Positions 51,224-64,000 of a stretch of DNA of 64,000 nt are shown in pieces. A program made the translations under genes and the position numbers. Positions within the stretch are counted from its first letter, which is position 1. Each line of letters begins with the position of its first letter. Source of the stretch: Azolla caroliniana (lineage: Eukaryota; Plantae; Polypodiophyta); the NCBI GenBank assembly GCA_043228905.1, contig JBHGNT010000006.1:11718001-11782000 (forward strand), written 5' to 3'. Under the pieces are notes generated by a model. It saw only the letters and a list, made by a program, of their open reading frames with translations, searched no databases and was not told the origin of the DNA.

Positions 51224-51663
51224 TCTTCGCGGAACGGGGAAGCCGTACACATCGATACATGTTAGAGCCCATCCCGATATCTACCATTCGGACCATTGCT
51301 TCCATGCGACTTAGCTCGCACACATTGAGATGTGAGACAGGCGTTGGGGCACAAGTGATGAGAGTGGCCGACTATGCACACTTTGCCCTAAACAAGTTTG
51401 AGAGTCTGAGTATCACACTTTGATACAATGCTCTGCCTTTGATCATATTCTACCATGCTTTCCACATCTCTTTGATCGAGACCAATCCTTGCACGAATTT
51501 CTCTCACAACCACGATGTGCACTCTCGATTGCAACATTCATTGCTAAAGTTCTTGAACATTTAGAGTCGCTACTCACCTTCACACATATCATGTGAAATG
51601 TAATATTTTTGGTCTCATAGGTCATATTTGACCTCCGAAGACGATAATATAATCTATCTATCT
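51224..51663 (+). mobile_element. Second, ~440-bp 3'-end copy of the same LINE family in tandem
   Basis: Diverged copy of 50772-51223, ending in its own ATCT tail. Confidence 0.85.
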
Positions 51664-51745
51664 CTGCTTGTCTTACGTACACACACACACACAACTTACT
51701 TTCGTTGCATAACATCACCCACGTCACTCATGATTCTTTACATGG

Positions 51746-54700
51746 TGTCATGAACATCAACTCGAATTTTAACCTTAGGTTCTTGTGTATATATATTTCT
51801 CCTAGACAAACTTTAGATTTTAAACCTTTGTATAAAGGGTGGTATATAAGACTGGGTATGTAAGACTCAATATGTAAGACTTGGCATGCAAGAATTAGTA
51901 TGCTTTATATTATAGTATGTAAGACTTGGCATGAGCATGCTTATCATGTGTCACTACATGTATAAAAAGGGTTGATCTCCCTTGTTAACATCAAGGAAAT
52001 CAACACCAGTCATGGAATAGATATTCTTACTCATTATCATCAACTTCCCCATCTCTTTATCTTCCAATTGTTCATCTGCGACAGATTGATTTCCTTCTTT
52101 TTCTTCTTTCTCAATACACTATCATGTCAAAATCATCTAGTAACCTTGAGCAAATTTTGACGGTCTTGCAACAACTCCAACATGAGAATGCTAACTTGCA
52201 AAACTCCATCCAAGAACTTCAAGCAGCCACAATAGTCATACCTCACCCGATTATTGACCCTTCTAGGATAGAACCCAATGTTAGCTTGCCAGATAAATTC
52301 GATGGAATAAGGTCACGGTTAAGAGGTTTCATCAACCAGATCCGCCTTATTGTTCGCCTTCAGCCCCAACGCTATTCTGATGACTTTAGACGAGTCAGGC
52401 TCATCGGCACATTGCTAACAGGACAAGCCCAAGTTTGGTCTGCCCCTCTGGTGGATACCTCTTCGCCCCTCTTGACCGACTTCCAAGAATTTCTTATAGA
52501 ATTCGAAGCAACTTTCGGGGACACCGACAAACGACTAGCCGCACTCAACAAATTATATTCATTACAACAAGGAGAACGTGCGACATCAATCTATGCATCT
52601 GAATTTCATCAGCTCGCGTTCGATTTTGAATGGGATGGACAAGCCCTCCTTGATCAATTCCGTCGAGGATTACAATGTGAGATAAAAAATCTTTTGCTTA
52701 ACTTTCTTGAGCCCACATCTTTGAATGAGGCTATTTCCCAGGCTGTGCGCTGCGATAACCGTCTCTTTGAGTTCTGGCAAGAGGAACGTCCTCACCAGAT
52801 CCATCCACCTTGGCCAACCGCTACATGAAGTCACCTACCGTGGTTGACGACCCCGACTCCCATGTCATCCTCCATGTTCAACTCCCGCCATAGATTCTAG
52901 CTCCCGAATGGAGATCGATCGAGTTCGCTACCGACCATTGATGAACACGCAACAACAACATCGACGGGCCAACAATTTATGTCTCTATTGTGGCGGCCCG
53001 ACCATGTGATCCGCTCTTGCCCAAAAAAGGGACCCCGTCAAACACCACATCCTGTGGATGGGGGTGACATTTTTTGTCAACAAGAAAAATCCAATGTCCA
53101 GTTGTAGTAGGGGTTGTGCATTTGAACCACAAGAATTGACAATTGTGTCAAGGGCCCAATCAACAGACTGCCTTGACAACAAGCTTCACGCTTCCGATCA
53201 CTCTTCAGTTTGGCTCTACCACTTTGAAGACAAAAGCTTCAAGTTGGATTCTGGGGCTACGTTGTGCTTTATTGATATCATGTTTGCACGAACTCACAAC
53301 TTTCCAAGCAATAAAATAACGGTCCCGATTCCAGTTGAAGTGATCGACGGTCGAACGCTCTCTTCTGGTGCAATCACAGATACAACAATTCCCTTGAGTC
53401 TCCACATAGGAGGCCACCAGGAAGAAATTATTTTAAACCTCATCACATCACCTCGACATCCTATCATCTCAGGTGGGGTTATCATGGCTCAAGACTCACA
53501 ATCCAATCGTGGATTGGTGATCTCGCTCCATCAACTTCACCTCGAATTCTCGCCCACAAGCGATTGCTTCCACTCTTCTTTGAGCCAATGCTCCGCCATT
53601 TGTTTAGCGAGGACCACATCAACGGTTGCTCCGATTCCCATTTCTGCTCCGGTGAGGACCGTGTCAATGGTTGCTCCCACTCATGTTTCGGAGGCAACTC
53701 GTGTTTCTGCCCCGTGAGGACCATGTTAGCGGTTGCTCTAATTCCCGTTTCTGCTCTGGTGAGAACCACGTGAAAGGTGAGGAACAAGTTAGCTGTCGCT
53801 CCCATTTGCTCTTTCGTGAGAACCGTGTCAACGGTTACTCCAATAGAAACAACATCGATAGTTACTCCCGCTTCGGCCTCGGAAACAGTTTCCACTCTGG
53901 CTTGGGTAAATGATACAGTGTTGATTGCATCCATTTCTAATTCTAAGGACATGGCGGTCATGTCCACTCCAAACATTGCCCTATGTACTAGCTCTTTTCC
54001 ATCAATATACAATGACTTCTCTGATGTATTTGAGAAGAAAAATGCTGATCACCTGCCTGAACTTCACCCGTACGATTGTCCAATAGACTTGAAAGATGGT
54101 GCTTGTCCTCCTTTTGGCCCTATCTATGGGTTATTTGAACCTGAACTCAAGGTCCTCAAAATATACATTGAAGAGAATCTCACAAAGGGATTCATTCGCC
54201 ACTCAAAATCTCCAGCTGGCTCTCCTATCCTATTTGTCAAAAACAAAGATGGAACGTTACGCTTATGTATCGACTATCACGGGATCAATCGAGTCACTGT
54301 TCGAAACCGCTATCTACGACCTCTAATCCCCGAACTCCTCGACCGACTTCGGGCTGGGTGTATATTCTCCAAAATCGATCTTAGAGGCGCCTACAACTTG
54401 GTGAGTATCAAGCTTGGCGATGAGTGGAAAACGACATTTCGAACCAGGTACGAGCATTTTGAATACACGGTAATGCCATTTGGTCTCACAAATGCTCCTG
54501 CCGTTTTTCAACATATGATGAATGATATCTTCCGAGAATGTCGGGACCAATTTGTGGTCATCTATCTCGACGACATACTTATCTTCTCCCAGAACTACAT
54601 AGAGCACACCAAGCACGTCCAACTTATCCTGTCCAAACTTTAGGAACATGGACTTTATGCAAAACTTGAGAAGTGTGAGTTTGATCGAACCTCAATTGAA

Positions 54701-54818
54701 TTCCTCAGGTATGTTATTTCATCTGATGGTCTCACTATGGACAAGAAGAAAGTTGCAACGGTTCAAGAGTGGGAAGTCCCCAACAGGGTCTAGGATGTGC
54801 AATCATTTTTGGGTTTTG
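51746..54818 (+). mobile_element. Element F: decayed, 3'-truncated Tcn1-like chromovirus related to C
   Basis: 5' LTR 51746-52083 (TGTCA...CGACA); self-priming PBS 52086-52096; gag 52124-~53110 homologous to C gag; LDSGA protease; YLDDIL RT; breaks off at DVQSFLGF. Confidence 0.9.
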
Positions 54819-55997
54819 GGTGAAAGAATGCGAGTGGAAACAATTAGCTATGCAAAAAGCTACCATTGAAAATAGTAGAGAGTTTTAATAATATAAATGA
54901 GCACCATAAATGTGCAACATAAAAATGCAACATAAATTGATATGTGCACCATAAATTATATACCGAATTCCTAGGTCCATTATGCATGATCCTTTGCCAC
55001 ATCACGTGGGCCATCTCTGGTTGAGTATTCTGGCTTAGATTATTACCAATGTTGCTAAACCCTATTGAGTCCACTCCTCCATTGCCGCATTCTACACTCA
55101 GTTACCAGCACTGTGTGGTCCAAGTATCATCTGCTACTGTTCGATCTGACGGAGTTCACTCCTCCATTATTGCCATTCTACACTCAGTTTCCGCCACTGT
55201 TCAGTTCAAGCATCATCTGCCAAGTTCACCCCTCCATTGACTTTTGAGCTTAGTTAGTTAGCTTATTAGCTACCTCTGAATATGACCATATGTTAAGCAT
55301 TGTGATCACACCAGGATCGGTAATGAAGAAGAGCTCACCGACAAGGAGGTAGTATGGCTAAAGGACCTACGAAGAGGGAACGGCAAGAGGAAAGAGGACT
55401 AAGGGACACCCAAGTGTGAAAGGTCCACACCCTAAATGTAAATGCTATATAAACCACATAGTGGTGGCTTTGTAAGGGTTCTTCCATTTGTAAAGATCTC
55501 CCTATTGATTAAGAGCTAGAGCTTCCTCTCCTCCTTATAACCTTTAAACTTAAGAGAGATTAGTGAAGTGTTTAGTTAGAGGACACTAATCTCTCTTCCT
55601 TGTTGGTGCTAGACCTCTTAGCAAAGAGGGTTAATAACTTATTCATTATTCCTATTGTCTATATTCATTACCCTATTGTCTATGAGAGCAAGCTTGAGAG
55701 AGTGAGAGAGATATTGTGCTTAATCATCTATTAATTGTTAAGTGAGTGTGAGGCTCGGAGGTGTCCGACAACCATCTTCGCCTGATTCGCCATCAAAAGG
55801 GTATACGCCGGTCTGAACTCCGCAAACAACATCGAAGAGTTAACTCCATTGATACATAGATCCTACACATCTATTTGGCACCGCTGCTCGGGATACGATT
55901 GACGCTTGAAGCCGACTTCGAGTGGTCAAACACTCGTAGGCAACCCACTTAGAGATGGAAGAAATCGAAAGGAAACTACTATTTGTGTTAATTAAAA

Positions 55998-56180
55998 TAC
56001 TCAGTGTTTCACATTTTAATTAACTTAATTTTTTGTTTTAGTACTCACTATTTCACATTTTAATTAAGCTAATTTTTTGTTTTTTAATACTCACTATTTC
56101 ACATTTTAATTAAATTAAATTTCTATTTTTTATGCTCACTATTTCGCATTTTAATTAAGTTAACTTTCTATTTTTTTAGT
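55998..56180. repeat. ~45-bp AT-rich tandem repeat x4
   Basis: TACTCACTATTTCACATTTTAATTAA recurs four times with variants. Confidence 0.8.
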
Positions 56181-56379
56181 TGTAATTTACTCTCCCTTAA
56201 TCTCCCGGACATTAGCAAGCTATTCGTCTGGTTAACGCTAAGCATTGTTGAGATTTAGCCGTTGTAGGGCAAGAATAATCACTGCGATTCTCGCTGATTA
56301 CGATCATCCCACGGGACATGAAATGGCCATTGGCGCCAACAAATTCAAATTTCCCACTCAAAGTTCGTCGAAATATCAG

Positions 56380-56760
56380 AGTTCAACGAAAGATCAAAGT
56401 TTGCCATTTAACCCTCATCTTTCGACGAACCCACATCCTTCGACAAAATATCAAAGTTTGCCAAACCCTCATTTTTCGATGAACCCCCATCCTTCGACAA
56501 AAGATCAAAGTTTGCCAAACCCTCATCATTCGACGAACCCATATCTTTTGACGAACCCACATCTTTTGACGAAAGATCAACGTTTACCAAACCCTCATCT
56601 TTCGACGAACCCACATCCTTCGACGAAAAATCAAAGTTTACCAAACCCTCATCTTTTGACGAAAGGTCGATGTTCGCCAAACCCAAAATGTTTGACAAAA
56701 GATTAGAGTCTGCCAAACCCACAAAGTTCGACGAAGGATCATCTTTCAACGAACCCGCAA
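56380..56760. repeat. Compound tandem repeat (18-bp subunits, ~54-bp higher order)
   Basis: CTTCGAC(G/A)AA...CAAAGTTTGCCAAACCCTCAT and GAACCCACATC recur. Confidence 0.8.
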
Positions 56761-58041
56761 GGCTTGACAAGAGAACATGGTCGGATCCTCATGGATAGAG
56801 ATGTTCAAAACCCGACCCACACGCCAAGAGGAGTCCACCCAATCCAACCAAACACACGACGCTGACCCATCTAACCCGACTCGATATCACGGAGGGTGGT
56901 TAACTTCGGGGACGCTACCAAATATGAACCTCCCATCGAGCCCAACAACTAAAGCACCTCTCAACACACCCCCACTATAGGAAAGCCCCACGGTAGACCC
57001 GCTCAACGTAGAGCGACACATATGGGATACCGCGCAAGAATTACGTGTGATAGAACAAGAAATCAATATATGGACGATGCAACTTGCGAAAGGAGGACAA
57101 CTGGAAAGCATCACCTGAGATATCGAAGCCGCTTTGGTAAAAAGGAAAGACAGATTCGCATGAGTGCGAAAAAAACTTCACCTCCTAGAGGCATCGTCAC
57201 ATACGCACCGTCGGGGCTGTGAGCTCAGCCCCATGCCGCATTCAAGCACCATGGGTGACAATCCAAACGAAGCTCACACGCAACGACACCCGACACCACG
57301 ACATATGGACACGACCACTACACCCAACCAAACTACCTCGGCACCCCCAAACACCGAACTCGCACTAGCGCTACAATCCATCCAAACCCTCGTGGCATTG
57401 ATGGAAAAAGAGCGAGCACCCACAGACCATTCGAGAAACCCTACACATGACAACGGGAAAAGTTCTCCCATTTCTAAACTAGTGCCCCATTTTCTCAGTT
57501 TCGGTGACTCCTATGATCACATCGAGAGGTTCAAGTAGATCTGTTGCGCTTATGAACCCCTCACAGAGACTACCAAAGTAGCCGCATTTGGACTTACACT
57601 CGATGACCAAACCGGAATTTGGTTTAGAACCTTGAATGAGGACATTGTCGCGGACTTTGAGTATGTCATCGAAGATTTCCTGATAAACTTAGCTCGTCGA
57701 GGGAATAAATGGAACCCGATCGACCAACTCTTCCCCCTCAAGCAAGAAGCAACTGAGACGGTCAGGGACTACATACGCTGCACGAAAACCCTGCACCATC
57801 GTTGTAGCCTGAGCGACAAGATGTCAGACGACAAATTGATGAGCTGCTTCATCAATGGTTTGTTCGATCCAACGCTCCAAAATTTCCTGATTGCCAGGAT
57901 GTGTCGGTCGTTCGCTGAAGCTTGCACGGTACCGATGACCTTCGAGTATTCAATGAGCGGGTTACGGATACCCACTCAAGCGCCTATGAACAACCGTGAG
58001 AAGCCCTCAGAATCCACTCCAGCCACGCCACCGAGACCACA

Positions 58042-61000
58042 TGCCAATGTTAACGTGCGGAAGCATTAGACAGAACCGGCTCAACCGGGTAGCAACAGAG
58101 AATAAGATGAAGGTTTAATGGAGAAGCTTAATACACATAGAGTATACACGGGAGAGACAGAGAGAGCAGAACGTAAACGTAGATTCAAAAAATGAAAAGA
58201 CTCTATAACTTTGTACATACAATGTGCTATAACAACACTATTTATACAAGTCCATAAAGGACTAATAGAAGTACTGATAGGTACTTCAATATTCCTATGT
58301 GCGACTAACACTAATTACGAGATAATAATTACCTAGTAGTCTAGGCTACTACTAGGCTTCTGGTTCCTGCTCGAATCCGGCTCTCCGATCTGTCTCCTTG
58401 ATCCGGCCGGTTGTTTCCGGATACCATCCGGATACTAATCCGGTTCATCCTCCCGGATGCCGATCTGGATCCGGTTGAGCTTGCTCGCTCAACACTCCCC
58501 CTCAAGCTCAACTTGAGGTCGGATCGTGGTGTTAGTGTCCGTGGTAGCCGGTTCTTCTACCCGACTCCTTCTAGCATCGCTTTGCCTTGCTCGCGCTCCT
58601 CATCCGGTCCGTTCCTGTTTGCCGCGACCCTTCTGGTTCTGCGCACCTCGACCTCCTCGATCGGCTTGTCTACTCAGCAGGCCCATTTCAGCTCCCTCGC
58701 TGTTGCAACTTCGACGCTTGTGGACCCATCAGTTCCTTCGTATTGGCGTAGACTTCCGCTGCGTCCGTATCCGCTTGGCCTTTACTTGATCCGGCTCCTC
58801 TGAATCCAACTGTTGAAGCGAATCAACTGTCTCTGATTCGTTCCCGCTCTTGTCTGAGTCGGTGTTTTCCAACTCGTCTTCCGGTTTCAGGCGCTTCAAG
58901 ACATCAGACCATGTTCAAGAAGGACAGAGCCAGGTTTAGGGTTGGTTTTGTCCTTCTAGTTGGCTCTGTCCTTCTTGACTCTACCGCCGCTGCCGCTCGT
59001 TCCGACTTGTTTGGATGTGCCGACTTGCTTCGTCGACTCGGCTTCCTTTTTCCTCTTGTCTCCCCCTTTGTTGGTTCTTCTCTTTCCGGTTCCTTGTATG
59101 TTGCCGTCAGCAGTTTCTTTGCCTTTGCCCATTATGGCACCGTCGAGATGCTGAACACCAAGCATTTCGGTGAAGTGTTGCAACTTGTCCGATTTGAGCG
59201 GTTTGGTGAAGATGTCGGCAACCTGCCGATCCGTCTGAACATACCGAAGTTTGACTTCACCGCTCAGGACCCGCACACGCACGAAGTGATAATGCACTTC
59301 TATGTGCTTTGTCCGAGCATGGAAAACTGGGTTCTTGGTGAGCTGAATGTTGCTCATGTTGTCACAGTAGATCAGGATCGGGGTCGGCACCTCGATCCGA
59401 AGATCTCGCAGCAGTCGCCGAAGCCAGATGGCTTCATAGGTGGCATTGGTAGTGCCCCGGTATTCAGCCATAGTGCTCGACAGAGCCACTATTGGCTGCT
59501 TTTTGCTGCTCCACGCAACAACAACGCTACCTAGAGAAAACACGTAACCCGAGGTGGATCGGTGATCCGATGCATCACCAACCCAGTCGGCATCTGTGTA
59601 CCAAACTAGCTCTTCAGTTCTACCATGCCGGTATAACAGTCCCCGGTCCTTTGTGCCATTGACATACCGCAATATTCGATGCGCACACTGAAGGTGCTCC
59701 ACGGTTGGCTTCTGCATGAATTGGCTGGATGATCACATCGACTGGATAACTGATGTCGGGTCGGGTGATTGTCAAGTATATTAGGCTTCCGACTATTTGT
59801 CGGAATTGTTTCTCATCGCAGGCTGGTCCGGAGTTGGGACAGAGCTTTTGGTTCCGGTCCAGGGGTGTGGAGATAGGTCGGCATTCCGTCATGCCGAACT
59901 TGTATAACATATTCAACACATAGTGTCATTTTGAGAGCAATATGCTGTCGGGGGTTCGGATCACCTCGATCCAAAGGAAATAATGAAGGTCCCCCAGATC
60001 CTTCATCTCAAATGCGTTTGACAACTGGGCCTTGACACGGTCGATTTCATTGAGTCTGGGTCCGGTGATGACTAAATCATCTACATAATGTAAGATGCAA
60101 ACCGGACCATTCGGACCTTGGCGGATGAACAACGATGACTCGGATTTAGCGGTCACAAACCCCAGCTTATGCAACCGGTGCGTGATCTTCGCATTCCAAG
60201 CTCGGGGGGCTTGTTTCAGACTGTAAAGCGACTTCTTAAGCCGGCACACCGCCGACTTGTTCATCTCCGACTTAAAATCGGGAGGTTGGATCATATAGAC
60301 TTGTTCTTCAAGGTCACCTTGAAGAAATGCATTCTTCACGTCCATCTGGTGAAGATGCCACCCCCTTGCCACAACAACCGCGAGTACCACACGAATCATC
60401 GTCATCTTCGCTACTGGAGCGAAGGTCTCGTCGTAGTTGATTCCGTGGGTCTGTGCGTATCCCTTCACCACTAACCGGGCCTTGTACCGGTTAATAGAAC
60501 CATCGGCATTGTACTTTAACTTGTACACCCATTTACAACTGATCGGTTTATAGTGTCGGGGAGGGTCAATGAGGTCCCATGTGTCGTTGGCATCGAGTGC
60601 TTGCATTTCTTCCTCCATAGCAGCACGCCAATTTGTGTCCGTTGCCGCTTTTGCGTAGCTCTCCGGCTTACGCACTTCCGCAACTTTGGTCATGTACGCA
60701 TAGTGATGTGCCATGTACTCATTGTACCCGTACCGCGTAACGGGGTTCTTCTGGCGGGAAGATCGGCATAACTTGTCGTTACCTGGTTTGGGGCCCTTCT
60801 TGGCCGGTTCAAACTTCCTTTATGAAGATCCACCTTCTTCCTTTCCGGAGTCGGATTCGCTCCGATCCAACCCTTCACTACCGGTATTGTATTCTGGCAT
60901 CTTCTTCTTCCCCTTCTCATTGCACGTGAACCATCTCCTCAGTTCCTTGCGCGGGGAGAGCATGGCAGAGTCTCCACTACTCGCTGGTTCTTCATCCAAC

Positions 61001-63950
61001 TGGTCACTTTGACCCAGTCACTTGTTTTGTCCGCTCAACCGAAACGATTCCGAACTCTCTTCTAGAGTCTCAAGCTCGTCATCTTCTATCTGGACCTCCT
61101 CGGGCTCACTAGCCTCATCTTCCGGAATTGGGTCGTCCTCGGGAGTTGGAGTCGGTAAGGAGTACCACGATGCCGTCTCGTTGAACTCAACATCTCAGCT
61201 TACTCGAACCTGCTTAGTCCGGGGGTTATAACACTTATACCCCTTTTGCTCATGTGAGTAGCCGACAAGGATGCACTTCTCCTACTTTGGATCCAACTTC
61301 CTCCGCTTCTCATCCGGTACATGCACATATGCTATGCTACCAAATATCCGAAGGTGTCTCAAATTCGGCTTGCGCCCGAAATACAGCTCATGTGCTGACA
61401 CCTTGTCACTGATCCGGTTTTGGATGTAGACGGCCATCCAGACCGCCTCAGCCTAGTAGAAATGGGGCATGCTCTTCTCCTCTAGCATTGCCCTTGCCGC
61501 GTTGACAATCAACCGGTTCTTCCTTTCGGCCACACCGTTTTTCTCCGGTGTGTATCTGCAGTTGAATTCTCTCCGAATTCCGTTCAGCTGTAGATAACTT
61601 TTGAATTGGCCGGAAAAGTATTCTTTTCCATCGTCCGACCGCAAGCACTTGACCTGACTCTCCGTTTCCCATTCAATTAAGCTTTGCAAGTTCTAGAAAC
61701 ATTCGAAGACTTCGCTCTTCTGTTTGATGAGGTAGATCCACGTGTGCCGATTGTAGTCGTCAATGCAGGAGATGAAGTATCAACTCTCGCCAAGACTAAC
61801 GTTCTGTGCCGGTCCCCATACATCTGAATGTATTAGATCGATCTTGTTACGGCTCCGGTTTCGTTCGGTGGGGAATGGAAGCCGGTGTTGCTTCCCAAGT
61901 TGGCAGGCTTCACAAATTTTGGCTTTCCGGCCGCAAAATTTCGGCAAACTGAAAACAACTTGTTTTGATTGTAGGTCCTAAAGCCCCCAGTAGTTGACGT
62001 AGCCGATCTGCTTATACCAAAGATCGATATCCGATTCAATCTTCTATCCTTTGGCAAACATGGCAGTGCCGACTTCATTAGTGTTGAGGATGAGCATCCT
62101 CCCTTCTTTGTGCCCTTGCGCGATTATTCGGCCTTCTTCCTCGATGAAACACCCGAGGTGCGTAAACCGCACCTGAATCCCCTGGTCAACGATTTGTCCG
62201 ACCGACACCAGGTTCTTTGTGATTGTCGAAACGTGTAATACGTTTATCAGCTTCCTCCTCTATCCGACATGTTTCAAAGGCACTTCTCCAACATGCACAA
62301 TCGGGTGAGGAGTGTCGTCTCTTGTTTTGACAACTCTCGGTTGATCTGGTTTCTCTAGAAAAGAGAACCAGTCTTTGTGGCTCGTCATGTGGTTCGACGC
62401 ACCGGAATCAACGTACCATACTTCCTCCGATTTGGAAGTAGTCTTCTACATCGAGTTAGCCTTGTGCTTCACCACGAAGGCTGGCCCTTTACCGGTCTTC
62501 CCGGTTTTGGATCCTTCCGATCCTTCTACGTAGTGCGAGCTTTACCGGTTTTCCCGGATCCGGATTTGTCCGAATCGGCGCGCTTCTTCCAACACTTGCT
62601 TTCCCTGTGGCCCTTTTGCCATAGTACTAGCATTCTGTGTCAGCTTTTCCTTGCTGACTTCCGGTGCCGCTTTGACTCCCCTTGCTTGTGGAGGGTTCGG
62701 AACTGCTGTTGGCACCATCTCTGTGCCTTCAATATGCTCTTGTTGGCTGCCTCCATTGCGTGCTGACCCACCTCGTCAACCACGTCCATGGGGCTGATCT
62801 GTCTCCGTGTACAACATCCGACCGTCCGATTGAGTGGTCCTCGAGCCATTCGCGTGGTTTTCTTCGACCATCAGCATTGATTGCAAGTCGAAGAAAGACG
62901 GTAGCTTCTCCTGGGTGCAGATCGCTGTCCGGATTGGCCCGTACCTTTGTGCTAGACCACCAAGGCAGATTTGTACCATCTCGTCCTTGTCCATCGTCAC
63001 GTTGATGGACCCGAGTGAGTCACAAATCTCCTTTATCTTGGTGGTGTAATCTGTAACCGACATGTCTCTTTGTCGGATGTTGTTCAACACTTGCCGAAGC
63101 TGGAACTTACGGGCTGTGGTACTCGCGGCGAAAATCTTCCTCAGATTTCCCCAGGTCTCCTTCGGCGTTTTTGCATCCTTTATGTAGCCAAGCATCTGGT
63201 CGTGCACATAGGACCCAGCTTGCTCCTTGCTCCCATACTCGTGTGCTGGCTCCGGCGCTACCTCATTCGTTCATTCCACGAAGCTCCAATATCCATGCCC
63301 CAACAGGTACTGGTGCATTTTGTATGACGAGGACGCGTAGTTGCTTTGATCGAGCTTCTCTATTGGAAGTGAACTCGCCATTCCTCTATCCATATCTTCT
63401 CTCCTTCTGTTGTTACCGGGTTCTAGGGTTCGTCTACGAAAGCAAGTGTCGACTACAGAGGTTCTCAACCCTCGCACTTTGATACCATGTCAATGTTAAT
63501 GTACAAAAGCGTTAGACAGAACCGGCTCAACCGGGTAGCAACAGAGAATAAGATGAAGGTTTAATGGAGAAGGTTAATACACAAAGAGTATACGCGGGAG
63601 AGACATAGAGAGCAGAACGTAAAGTAGATTCAAAAAATGAAAACACTCTGTAACTCTGTACATACAATGTGCTAAAACAACACTATTTATACAAATCCAT
63701 AAAGGATTGACAGAAATACTGACAGGTACTTCAATATTCCTACGTGTGAGTGACACTAACTACGAGATAATAATTACCTAGTAGTCTAGGCTACTACTAG
63801 GCTTCCGGTTCCCGCTCGAATCTGGTTCGCCGATGCGGCCGGTTGTTTCCGGATACCATTCGGATACTGATCCGGCTCATCCTCCCGGATGCCGATCCGG
63901 CTCTGGCTTATTCAGCCGATTTGGATCCGGTTGAGCTTGCTTGCTCAACA
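58042..63950 (-). mobile_element. Element E: Ty1/Copia LTR retrotransposon, full domain set, decayed; related to B
   Basis: LTRs 58042-58494 and 63488-63950; PBS TGGTATCAAAG at 63477-63487 on minus; PPT at 58495-58503. Flanks CCACA / CCTCC are only a 3/5 match. Confidence 0.9.
58956..63381 (-). pseudogene. Copia gag-protease-integrase-RT-RNaseH polyprotein remnant of E
   Basis: KLDQSNYAS gag, WYVDSGA protease, LRSDDGKEY...NGVAERKNR integrase, HYVDDL RT, RTKHIEVHYHFVR RNase H; frameshifted. Confidence 0.9.
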
Positions 63951-64000
63951 CCTCCCTGTATAGAAAGACCCCAATCATACGCCCAACGGGAAAATGTAAA

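Larger units (their letters stand above)
55250..58041 (+). mobile_element. Element G: 5' part of an Athila-like Gypsy element (LTR-like region, PBS, repeat-rich leader, gag)
   Basis: CTATATAAA at ~55446. PBS TGGCACCGCTGCTCGGGA at 55876 resembles the tRNA-Asp type TGGCGCCGTTGCCGGGGA. Gag-like LKQEATETVRDYI...FINGL at 57632-58040. Left boundary uncertain. Confidence 0.6.

Overview
Eukaryotic (land plant, probably non-seed plant) genomic DNA dominated by nested transposable elements around a two-gene island. The host genes are a 7-exon cytosolic NAD malate dehydrogenase (minus, 30221-33361, 333 aa) and a 4-exon ferredoxin-nitrite reductase (plus, 39997-44057, 602 aa), arranged head-to-head. An NLP-type nitrate-responsive element match lies just upstream of NiR. 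The left flank holds a decayed Mutator-like transposase with a Ulp1-protease remnant, interrupted by a three-level LTR nest (deleted chromovirus > Copia > intact young Tcn1-like chromovirus), then a tRNA-Trp-primed Gypsy element carrying three solo LTRs. The right flank holds a Gypsy fragment, a LINE with a tandem 3' copy, a second Tcn1-like element, an Athila-like 5' part and a Copia element. Most notable: (i) two divergent chromoviruses show a Tf1-type 11-nt self-priming duplex with compensatory covariation, plus an anti-primer hairpin at U3/R; (ii) four TGTCG...CGACA elements all have 4-bp TSDs consistent with a central CpG; (iii) two -1 frameshift cassettes (G_GAA_AAC, G_GAT_TTT) are followed by pseudoknot-like structures; (iv) a tRNA-like Pol III module sits inside a solo LTR. 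All boundaries were read by eye, and clade names are tentative without database searches.
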